Shown here piece after piece: positions 27,208 to 35,605 of a DNA stretch of 64,000 bases; position 1 is the stretch's first letter, and each line of letters starts with the position of its first letter. The notes beneath the pieces are model-generated. The model did no database searches. It had not been told where the DNA came from and saw only the letters and a program-made list of their open reading frames with translations. The stretch comes from a virus: IMG/VR virus record IMGVR_UViG_3300034018_000240, one strand, 5' to 3'. A program made the position numbers and the translations under genes.

Positions 27208-29106
27208 ATGTCTTGTTCTTCTTGCTATCCTAATCCTAATCCTTGTTACACTGCATATTATCAACCTGGTCAAAACTGTGGTTGTTGTGGTGGTGTAGTG
27301 GGTGATTGTGGATGTGTTGGTACTGCTGGCACTGCTGGCACTGGTGGCTGGGGCTGCTGGTGTGGTGCTACAGGCTGTGCAGATGCTCCTTATAATAGTA
27401 ATAATACTGTCTATGTTGGACCTAATCTTCCTAACTCAGGTGTTAACACTTGTGACACTTTAACCACTGCATTAGAAAAAATTGACTATGTAGTAACAGG
27501 TGGTGGAGGTGGTGGAAAAAATGGAACATCAGGAACTAGTGGAACTCCTAGTACAAGTGGTTCTTCTGGAACCTCTGGTTCTTCTGGCTCTAGTGGTGTA
27601 ACTGGTGCTCAAGGTGCTGCTGGTGTAAATGGTACAGCAGGTTCTTCTGGTACATCAGCTTTGTCTGGTTCTTCTGGATCTTCTGGAAGTTCAGGAACTG
27701 CTGGTAAAAATGGTTCTAGTGGTGTTGATGGTAGTTCTGGAATCAGTGGTAGTAGTGGTACAAGTGGAAATTCAGGATCAAGTGGTAATAGTGGTACAAG
27801 TGGTACTGATGGCTCTAGTGGAACAGCAGGAACAGCAGGAACAGCAGGAGCTGACGGAGCTAATGGAAGCAGTGGCACAAGTGGTCAAAATGCAACCAGT
27901 GGTACAGCAGGACTATCAGGTGATAAATATGCTACAACATCAGTTAGCTCATTTACACTAGGAAGTGGAGGTACAATTACTGTTGGTACAGGACTTTCTT
28001 ATACCATAGCACAATCTGTATTAATTTCATTTAATGGATCAAACTATCAAACTTCTCCAGTTACATCTTATAACTCTGGAACAGGTGTTTTAGTTTTAGG
28101 TACACCAAGTGCTACTGTAGGTTCAGGAACTTATAGTTCTTGGACAGTTAACTTAGCAGGAGCTGCAGGTGGTAATGGTTCTAGTGGTACTTCTGGTTCT
28201 TCTGGAACAAATGGTACAGCTGGTACTAGTGGTACGTCTGGTACAGCTGGTACTTCTGGTACTAATGGAACAACTGGCACTTCTGGAACAACAGGTACAA
28301 GTGGAACAAATGGAACTTCTGGTTCTAGTGGTACTAGTGGTACCAATGGAACAACTGGTACAAATGGATCATCAGGGTCTAGTGGATCTTCAGGTTCATC
28401 TGGCTCTTCTGGATCATCAGGTAGCTCTGGATCTTCTGGGGTTAGTGGTACTAGTGGATCTTCTGGTGTATCTAATAGTATTTCTGGTGCTACTAATCAA
28501 GTTCTTAAATATAGTAGTGCTACTTCTGCTGTAGGATGTTCTATATATGATGATGATAATTATACATCAATAGGTGGTCCTAATCCAGGATCAAGACTTA
28601 ATGTATATCTAGGTAATGGTCAACCAGCAGGAAACTATGTTGCAGATTTTGCAGGCATAGAACCATACGTTACAGTTAGAGCATTAGGTGGTAGTAATAC
28701 TGCTACATTACAATTACTTCCTACATCAGGTTATACAGCATTTATTGGTAACTATAATGGTGGAGGTGTGATAATTAGAGCAATGAATGCTGATGTGGTT
28801 ACAATTGATTCATCTGGTGTTACAGCTCCAGCATTTTTTGAAACTTCTGATATTAGGTATAAGGATGTATTAGAATGGAACCCAGAAATAAATGTGCTTG
28901 GAATAGATGTAATTAAATTTAAGCGTACTGATATTGTAACTAATACAATTAACTATGGTTATTCAGCTCAACAAGTACAAGAAATTATTCCTGATGTTGT
29001 TAATGAGATAGATGAAAAGTTAAGTGTAAACTACATAGCTGTTCATACATTAAAGATAGCAGCATTAGAAAAACGTATTGCAGAACTTGAAGCTAAATTA
29101 AAATAA
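27208..29106 (+). CDS. collagen-like tail fibre with C-terminal S74 intramolecular-chaperone autopeptidase domain
   Basis: Cys-rich N-terminus. Two long (G-X-Y)n tracts (about 27520-27930 and 28140-28490). C-terminus SDIRYKDVLEWNPE...GYSAQQVQEIIPDVV...LKIAALEKRIAELEAKLK matches the endosialidase-chaperone pattern (SDxRxK...GxiAQEvqevlPelV...coiled coil). Confidence 0.75.
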   Translation: MSCSSCYPNPNPCYTAYYQPGQNCGCCGGVVGDCGCVGTAGTAGTGGWGCWCGATGCADAPYNSNNTVYVGPNLPNSGVNTCDTLTTALEKIDYVVTGGGGGGKNGTSGTSGTPSTSGSSGTSGSSGSSGVTGAQGAAGVNGTAGSSGTSALSGSSGSSGSSGTAGKNGSSGVDGSSGISGSSGTSGNSGSSGNSGTSGTDGSSGTAGTAGTAGADGANGSSGTSGQNATSGTAGLSGDKYATTSVSSFTLGSGGTITVGTGLSYTIAQSVLISFNGSNYQTSPVTSYNSGTGVLVLGTPSATVGSGTYSSWTVNLAGAAGGNGSSGTSGSSGTNGTAGTSGTSGTAGTSGTNGTTGTSGTTGTSGTNGTSGSSGTSGTNGTTGTNGSSGSSGSSGSSGSSGSSGSSGSSGVSGTSGSSGVSNSISGATNQVLKYSSATSAVGCSIYDDDNYTSIGGPNPGSRLNVYLGNGQPAGNYVADFAGIEPYVTVRALGGSNTATLQLLPTSGYTAFIGNYNGGGVIIRAMNADVVTIDSSGVTAPAFFETSDIRYKDVLEWNPEINVLGIDVIKFKRTDIVTNTINYGYSAQQVQEIIPDVVNEIDEKLSVNYIAVHTLKIAALEKRIAELEAKLK

Positions 29107-29108
29107 TA

Positions 29109-29789
29109 ATGAGTTGGGCATCCTTAACAAACAATCAGTGTATTTCTTGCAATAATTTACAAGATGGTGTAAACAATAATGTGTTTACATTAAAAAATGC
29201 TATCCCTGTTAGTAACAAACAAGTCACTAGAAATGAAGCAGAATTTTATGTAAACATTCAAAATATAACAAATAGGTCTGCTAATGAACTTGTAATTAAA
29301 AGTGATGTAATATCTTCTGGTAGTACAACAACTACATCAACTACTCAAGTTCCAACTCCTTGTGGAAATCCAACTTCTTATTCAGGAGGAGTTACATATC
29401 CAACACCATTCACAATTACAGTTGGTAGTGGTACAGGAAATACTACTCTGACATTTGATGCACAAAATGTTCCTGATAGATTTATAGTTCAATGGAATGG
29501 TAATTTTGTAATTGATACAGGATATAGAGGTAATTCTAATTATAACATTGGAGGAAGTCTTAGAAGTAACTTTAATTCTTCTTTAAGTGGTAAAGTAGAT
29601 CCTATAACAGGATTAACTTATCCAAACACTACTCAATGGCCAGGAGATGGTTATCCACTAGTAGTAAGTCCTGGTAATGGAACTTCTGTATTTTCTAAAA
29701 ATGCTTCCTCACCAACTACAGCAAATGTTTTTGTTTATGCTCCTCTTCCAGGAACTGCGTGGTCATTTACATTAGGTTGCCCAATATAA
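29109..29789 (+). CDS. tail fibre / receptor-binding protein, MSWAS family paralog 1 (226 aa)
   Basis: About 70-aa N-terminal module, nearly identical to that of the next gene (MSWASLTNNQCISCNNLQD...FTLKNAIPV...AEFYVNI), then a poly-Thr linker and a unique C-terminal domain. Confidence 0.55.
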   Translation: MSWASLTNNQCISCNNLQDGVNNNVFTLKNAIPVSNKQVTRNEAEFYVNIQNITNRSANELVIKSDVISSGSTTTTSTTQVPTPCGNPTSYSGGVTYPTPFTITVGSGTGNTTLTFDAQNVPDRFIVQWNGNFVIDTGYRGNSNYNIGGSLRSNFNSSLSGKVDPITGLTYPNTTQWPGDGYPLVVSPGNGTSVFSKNASSPTTANVFVYAPLPGTAWSFTLGCPI

Positions 29790-29821
29790 TATTTTAAAAC
29801 CAAATTAATATTAAATAAGTA

Positions 29822-31336
29822 ATGAGTTGGGCATCAATAGCAAATAATCAATGTGTTTCATTAAATAATTTACAGGATGCTGTGAACAATGGAGTATTTA
29901 CATTAAAGAATATAATTCCTGTTCCTAACACTAAACAAGTAACTTCAGGTGAAGCAGAATTTTTTGTAAATATAATTCCTACAGGTAAGTCTGTTAATGA
30001 ACTTGTTGTTAAGTCTAATTTAGTTTCACCTCCAACTACAACTACTACATCAAGTACAAGTACAACAAGTACAACCACAACATTTATTTCAGATCCTTGT
30101 AATTGTGTTGAAGTAAATATTACATCTGCTGGTGGTGAAGTAGCAACATTTAATTGTTTTGGAGTAAATGAAAACTATGTTTATGCAACAGCTGGTACTA
30201 GATATATTTGTGCAGCTGTTATTGGTGGCTTATTACAAGCTAACATCGTATCAGGTACAGGAACGTTAACACCTATTGGTAATTGTAAAACTGGACCTTG
30301 TGGATCAACAACAACAACAACAACAACAACTATATTTAATCCAACTAACAACCTTAATTTTATTCAGACTATTGTAAGTAGAGATGATGTTACTAGCTCA
30401 AATGATGGAAAATATGTAGCTACAATATGCGTTACAAATAATAAATTATATATTTCTAATGACTATGGACTTACTTATACAACAGTTACTGTTGCTGGGA
30501 CAAATACACTCTATAGAGTTGCTGTAAGTGGAACAGGTGAGTATATGTATTGTCTTTCACAAGCTCAAGGACAACCAGGTGTTATTTCAAGATCTACAGA
30601 TTATGGTGTTAATTGGAATACTACAGGTACTGCAACAGGAGCATATTCTTCAATTACTACAAATAGAACAGGACAATATGTAATTGTTGGAGCAATAAAT
30701 TTAGGTGAAGCAGAATCAGGGTTGGGTCAAATTTGGAGATCTTCAGATTATGGAGTATCTTTTGTAAGAGTAGATTTTTCTTTTGGTGGTCTTTATCCTC
30801 AAGCACCCTATGCTGTTACAGTAGATAGTTCAGGTAATCGTCAATATGCTGCTACCATTAATCTTAGTATGGCAGCATTTGATGGAACTGTAGGAAGAAC
30901 AACAACTGCTTTAGGTAATTTTACACCCAAAGCTCAAGATGGTAATCAAACATATTATGGAGTGAGTACCTCTGCTGATGGATCAAAAGTGGTTGTTGCT
31001 AATCAAGGTGGATTTTACGGATATAGTCCTGGAAATGTTCAGTTGAAAAGAAGTATAGATTATGGTGACACGTATGCAAATTTTGGTGGAGTTTCTACTC
31101 AATGGCTTGGTGTAACTATAGATGGAAGTGGTACAAATATAATAGCTGTTCCAGGTACTTCAGGAGCAAGCACTTTATATAAATCAGTTTCATTTGGTAC
31201 ACTTTCTTCAGTAGCAAGTTCTAAACTTTGGACTAGTGTATCAATTTCTTATAATGCAACTGTAGCAATTGCTGCAGAAACAACTGGACTTTGGAGATCT
31301 ACAAATGGTGGATCTACTTGGACAAAATTATCTTAA
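29822..31336 (+). CDS. tail fibre / receptor-binding protein, MSWAS family paralog 2, with C-terminal BNR/Asp-box beta-propeller
   Basis: Shared N-terminal module and a poly-Thr linker. Repeated S-x-D-x-G-x-(T/N)-W-like motifs: SNDGKYVAT, SRSTDYGVNWNT, RSSDYGVSFV, SIDYGDTYAN, STNGGSTWTKL. Confidence 0.65.
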   Translation: MSWASIANNQCVSLNNLQDAVNNGVFTLKNIIPVPNTKQVTSGEAEFFVNIIPTGKSVNELVVKSNLVSPPTTTTTSSTSTTSTTTTFISDPCNCVEVNITSAGGEVATFNCFGVNENYVYATAGTRYICAAVIGGLLQANIVSGTGTLTPIGNCKTGPCGSTTTTTTTTIFNPTNNLNFIQTIVSRDDVTSSNDGKYVATICVTNNKLYISNDYGLTYTTVTVAGTNTLYRVAVSGTGEYMYCLSQAQGQPGVISRSTDYGVNWNTTGTATGAYSSITTNRTGQYVIVGAINLGEAESGLGQIWRSSDYGVSFVRVDFSFGGLYPQAPYAVTVDSSGNRQYAATINLSMAAFDGTVGRTTTALGNFTPKAQDGNQTYYGVSTSADGSKVVVANQGGFYGYSPGNVQLKRSIDYGDTYANFGGVSTQWLGVTIDGSGTNIIAVPGTSGASTLYKSVSFGTLSSVASSKLWTSVSISYNATVAIAAETTGLWRSTNGGSTWTKLS

Positions 31337-31358
31337 TTAAACCAAACAAATCAATAAT

Positions 31359-31988
31359 ATGACAGTCTTAGTAACATTAACATTAGCAGGGACAGACGTA
31401 GGTCCCTTTAACCTTTATTCAAATGTAGATGGATATACCACAGCAATAGCAAGTGGTGTATCTAGAGCTGCATTAGTAGCAGGATACAATCTTTTAAATG
31501 TGCCTGATAATGCTTCTGTTATCAGAGTACAATCTACAGGCACTTGTACAAATTATCTTGATATACTTTTAAGTGGTGCAACAACCACTACAACTAGTAG
31601 CACTTCTACTTCTACAACAACCTCTACAACCACAGCATTTGTTGAATGTATAACTGGTGATAGAAATGCACTCGCTACATGTTCTGGAGGTGAATCTGCT
31701 CCATTCACAGTGACTGCAGGAAATACAGCTCTTATCACTCCTGGTGGATATTACTACTCTGGAACTGGTACAAGAACATATGCATGTTACATTATGGATG
31801 CTGCAAATACCACAGTTTTATATACGTTCACTTATACTCAGACAAGCATGAGTCCAGGAACTTGGGCATCAACATTACCTTCTAACATCTTATCTGCAGG
31901 TAGCTATCGCTTAAGAACAGATACAGTGAACTGTTTCACTAGCTCTGGTACATTTAGTTTAGTTGCAACTTGCAACACACCTGATTAA
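31359..31988 (+). CDS. tail fibre-associated protein, TGPFDL family paralog 1 (209 aa)
   Basis: N-terminal about 70-aa module (LTLAGTDVGPFNLYSNVDGY...LVAGYNLLNVPDNASVIRVQSTGTCTNYLD) shared with the 41115 and 41560 genes. Poly-Thr/Ser linker. Followed by a strong terminator. Confidence 0.55.
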   Translation: MTVLVTLTLAGTDVGPFNLYSNVDGYTTAIASGVSRAALVAGYNLLNVPDNASVIRVQSTGTCTNYLDILLSGATTTTTSSTSTSTTTSTTTAFVECITGDRNALATCSGGESAPFTVTAGNTALITPGGYYYSGTGTRTYACYIMDAANTTVLYTFTYTQTSMSPGTWASTLPSNILSAGSYRLRTDTVNCFTSSGTFSLVATCNTPD

Positions 31989-32019
31989 AAACCCCTGTTT
32001 GTTGGTTTACAGATGGTCT

Positions 32020-32049
32020 CCCCTAGGGTTTCTACCCTGGGGGTTTTTT
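32020..32049 (+). terminator. rho-independent terminator
   Basis: CCCCTAGGGT-TTCT-ACCCTGGGGG (10-bp stem including one G-U) followed by TTTTTT. Confidence 0.7.
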
Positions 32050-32155
32050 GTTTAAACTCTAACTAAAAAAGTTATTCTATATAATTAAATTAGTTAACAA
32101 AATTTTGAAAATGTCAAAAATAATTCCTACCTTTACAGTAATTTTAACTAAACTA

Positions 32156-32163
32156 AACTACAT
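32156..32163 (+). promoter_or_regulatory. conserved AACTACAT element abutting the start codon
   Basis: ctaaactaAACTACATATGc, 110 nt downstream of the terminator. Confidence 0.35.
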
Positions 32164-33414
32164 ATGCCTGAAAATCAATCCTTGCTGCAACAGCTAGAAG
32201 AGATTCTACACTGGAAAAAAAGTAAAAAGTTCTATGCTGATAAGCTTGGAATTACAGAGTTTGAGGTGGATGAGCTATTAAAAGAATTAAGAAATCAAGA
32301 GAAGAGTGAAGAAGATGCTGAGATAGGGAACTATATTGCTGATCTAGAAAACAGGGTTATTAAGTTTACAGAAGATCTAGCTAAGGGTACAGGAGAGGTT
32401 GTAGCCAACTTTAGCGAAGAGGTTAAGAGTTTAGACGAACTCATTGAGAAATGTAAGATAGATACAGAGAAGTGGGAGATAACCAAATATGTTCAAAACT
32501 TCTGGGGAAATGGAAACAATCCTCATTGGCAAGTCAAAGCATGGTTAGGGAAGAAGTCTACAGAACAAGTTTTTCAAGATGTGTTTGTAGACTTTTTAGC
32601 TTCATATAAGCCTGTGTCTCAAGAAGTTATGAGTCCTAAGGTTGACTTTAACAAACCAAATGGTATGTTAGTTATCAACAAACAAGACTCTCACTTAAAC
32701 AAATGGGACATAGATGGTAATAATAATGTAGCAGATAGACTAGCTAACATTATGTACAAGGTGGAACTGATAGCTAATCAAGCTCAGTTATCCAACAACT
32801 TGCAGAACATAACTTACATAATAGGATCTGATGAGTTTAACAGTGAGTATACAAATGCCACTACAAAAGGAACTCCTCAACAGAACACGCATACATATCA
32901 TACATCTTTTGAATACATCTGTGGACATGAGGTGTTAATGATTACAATGTTATTACAATATGCTCAGAATGTAAATGTAATCTATGTGGCAGGTAATCAT
33001 GATGAGTTTGTAGGTTGGCATTTAGTTAACTGGTTACAAACCTACTTCAGAAATACAGAGAGATTAGCATTTGATTTATCTCCTAAGTATAGAAAGTATG
33101 TAAGCTATGGTGATTCAGCATTGATGTTTAACCATGGAGATGCTATCAAACCAGCTAAGCTTGCAGCTTTATTCCCAATAGAGTTTAGAGAACATTGGTC
33201 TAGTCATAGCAAGTTTTACATTTTTACAGGAGACAAACACCATGAGGTGAGTCATGATTTCAATGGTATAAAGTTTTATCAAATTCCAGCATTTTCAAAT
33301 GCTAAAAGTCTTTGGGACGACAAGATGGGTCACACAATGTCCAAGGCAGAAGTAACAGGATTTTTAATAGATGACTGTGATGGGATGACAAATATATTCA
33401 AACAGTATTTATAA
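32164..33414 (+). CDS. calcineurin-like metallophosphoesterase family protein (416 aa)
   Basis: Ordered motifs QDSH (DxH), IGSDE (GDxxD-like), YVAGNHDEF (GNHD/E), NHGD, TGDKHHEVSHD (GHxH-like). Preceded by the AAACTACATATG motif and an AT-rich promoter-like region. Confidence 0.55.
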   Translation: MPENQSLLQQLEEILHWKKSKKFYADKLGITEFEVDELLKELRNQEKSEEDAEIGNYIADLENRVIKFTEDLAKGTGEVVANFSEEVKSLDELIEKCKIDTEKWEITKYVQNFWGNGNNPHWQVKAWLGKKSTEQVFQDVFVDFLASYKPVSQEVMSPKVDFNKPNGMLVINKQDSHLNKWDIDGNNNVADRLANIMYKVELIANQAQLSNNLQNITYIIGSDEFNSEYTNATTKGTPQQNTHTYHTSFEYICGHEVLMITMLLQYAQNVNVIYVAGNHDEFVGWHLVNWLQTYFRNTERLAFDLSPKYRKYVSYGDSALMFNHGDAIKPAKLAALFPIEFREHWSSHSKFYIFTGDKHHEVSHDFNGIKFYQIPAFSNAKSLWDDKMGHTMSKAEVTGFLIDDCDGMTNIFKQYL

Positions 33415-34151
33415 TGGCAACATTAAGACAAATGGTTTCAGATGTACGTTCAGTACATAAATTGCTCACTACAGATAATCTAATTACTGATAGAGTGGTT
33501 GCGTCTGAAATCAAGAACAACACATTTTTACTAATCAAACGTGAGACTAATCTCAGAAAGCTTTGGGCTACTGATACTGTATTTCAAACACTTCCTTGTT
33601 TGGAAATGCTAGAGGTGCCTATTTCTGATTGCTGTGAATATGTGGACCCTTGTCAAGTTGCAAGAAGCAAATACAAACTTCCTCGCATCAGTGAGGGAAA
33701 CTATCAATACTTAATCCAAGGTGTTTATTCTATAAACGCTATGGGAGGTAAAGGAAAAAGATTCAAAGAGATTACAATCAATAGATACTTAAATCTATTA
33801 AAACTTCCTATCATAAAAGCTGAACAATACTATTGGATAGCTAATGGTGGGTATCTATATGTTAACAATCCTAACTTAAAATCAGTTAGAATATCTGCAT
33901 TCTTTGAAGAAGATATTCCAAACAGTATTTTATATCCTGATGATTGTGCTTGTGGAAACATTCCTTCTGTAACAAATGAAGAGTATTGTATAAATCCATT
34001 AGACAAAGAGTTTGGATGCCCAGGCTACTTAATAACACAAGTGTTACAACTTACTTCTCAAAAACTATTATCGACATACTTTAGCATTAAAACAGACCAA
34101 ACATTTGATGGCATTGATGGACAAGCTCCCAATGCAAAACCAACAAGCTAA
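33414..34151 (+). CDS. structural protein of unknown function (245 aa)
   Basis: TAATG-coupled to the upstream gene. Confidence 0.5.
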   Translation: MATLRQMVSDVRSVHKLLTTDNLITDRVVASEIKNNTFLLIKRETNLRKLWATDTVFQTLPCLEMLEVPISDCCEYVDPCQVARSKYKLPRISEGNYQYLIQGVYSINAMGGKGKRFKEITINRYLNLLKLPIIKAEQYYWIANGGYLYVNNPNLKSVRISAFFEEDIPNSILYPDDCACGNIPSVTNEEYCINPLDKEFGCPGYLITQVLQLTSQKLLSTYFSIKTDQTFDGIDGQAPNAKPTS

Positions 34152-34627
34152 TGCGTACTAAGATAGACTGGAGAAGCTCTAGTAAAGAAAACTACAGTAA
34201 CTTTTGTAAGAAACATCCCACCATAAAAATTACATTTGATGAGTGGCGAAACATTATATATTTATATAATGACAATTTTAAAAACTACATTCTAGAAACA
34301 GGAGAGAAAGCAAGACTTCCTTTTGGCTTTGGTGAGTTCTCTATCAATAAAAAGAAGAGAAAGAAAACAAAGACAGTTGATGGAAAAGAAGTGGTTAACC
34401 TACCAGTAGACTGGCAGAAGACAAAACAAAAGGGAAAAATCATCTACAACTTCAACTTTCATACAGAGGGATTCTTTTTTGGTTGGATGTGGTTTAAAGA
34501 GTCCACTAGGATTCGTAATATAAATCTTTGGTATTTCAAACCTTCTCGTACCACTTCTAGATTGCTGTCACATTACATAAAAACAGATGATAAATACCAA
34601 CACATTTATTGTGAATGGAAAAAATAA
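34151..34627 (+). CDS. structural protein of unknown function (158 aa)
   Basis: Coupled ORF. Confidence 0.45.
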   Translation: MRTKIDWRSSSKENYSNFCKKHPTIKITFDEWRNIIYLYNDNFKNYILETGEKARLPFGFGEFSINKKKRKKTKTVDGKEVVNLPVDWQKTKQKGKIIYNFNFHTEGFFFGWMWFKESTRIRNINLWYFKPSRTTSRLLSHYIKTDDKYQHIYCEWKK

Positions 34628-34633
34628 AAGAAC

Positions 34634-35605
34634 ATGGCATACTATTACAGATACAATTTTGTCTCACCTGAACCAATTTATTCAGTTGTTAAGGAAGAGT
34701 TAAAATCCTACTTTGACACAGGAGCAGTGGATGATTTGCTTTTCCCTACTTACTTAGACAAATGTCTACAGAAGTTAGGTAGGTCAAGTTATGTCATTGC
34801 TGAACAGACGCTAGATATTTCTGGTTATGAGGCTAGACTTCCTGATAACTTCTTTGCTGTTAGAGAGGCTTGGATGTGTACAGAGATACCATCTAACTAC
34901 CCATATCAAACAGCTAACTCGTTCTATTCTCAAGCTGCTTCTCAAACAACAATACAAGTCTCTCCTATTATTAGTGGTGGAGTTCCTTGTGTAGAACCTA
35001 ACTGTACAACAGGATGTCCTACGTGTATGCCTGATATCATCCAAGCAGTATATAAAACCAATCAACAGATTGCTAGATCAATAAAAAGAGAATACTTATT
35101 AAAACCAGGTAATATATCTTGTCAAAGTAAGTGTGATGTAAGTTATACAGATGCTTGGGAATTCTATACACCTGCTCCTCCTATACATGAGTTCACTCCA
35201 GGATCAGCAGGATATGATAGCTTTGACATTAGAGATAATAAGTTTGTCACTAACTTTGGTTGTGGTATAGTTCATATGATATTCTATGCTACAGACTATG
35301 ATGCTATTGGTAATCAGTTAATTCCTGATAACTATCGTATTAGAGAGTTTGTAGAAGCGTTTATTAAATACAAGGTGTTTGAGACATTGGCTAATCAAAT
35401 CAATGATGAAACTTTTAATCAAATACAACAGAAGCTAGCATATTACAAACAGCTACATGATGAAGCATTCATTATGGCTTACACTGAAATTAAGAAGCAA
35501 GACGCATGGACTAAACAAAGAAGAGTAAGAAATGACTTACAACGCTTTGGACAATATGAATTACCAAATAGAAGCTCAAGATATGGCAGAGGATGGAATA
35601 GATAA
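34634..35605 (+). CDS. structural protein of unknown function (323 aa)
   Basis: Long ORF, Cys-rich central part. Confidence 0.5.
   Translation: MAYYYRYNFVSPEPIYSVVKEELKSYFDTGAVDDLLFPTYLDKCLQKLGRSSYVIAEQTLDISGYEARLPDNFFAVREAWMCTEIPSNYPYQTANSFYSQAASQTTIQVSPIISGGVPCVEPNCTTGCPTCMPDIIQAVYKTNQQIARSIKREYLLKPGNISCQSKCDVSYTDAWEFYTPAPPIHEFTPGSAGYDSFDIRDNKFVTNFGCGIVHMIFYATDYDAIGNQLIPDNYRIREFVEAFIKYKVFETLANQINDETFNQIQQKLAYYKQLHDEAFIMAYTEIKKQDAWTKQRRVRNDLQRFGQYELPNRSSRYGRGWNR

Noticed and set aside
27609-28534. Four ORF-track ORFs (27609-27878 minus, 27629-27961 plus, 28131-28346 minus, 28169-28534 plus) with P/L/V-rich low-complexity translations
   Set aside because: They are shadow frames of the (GXY)n collagen-like repeats of the 27208-29106 gene; periodic codon repeats keep alternative frames open.
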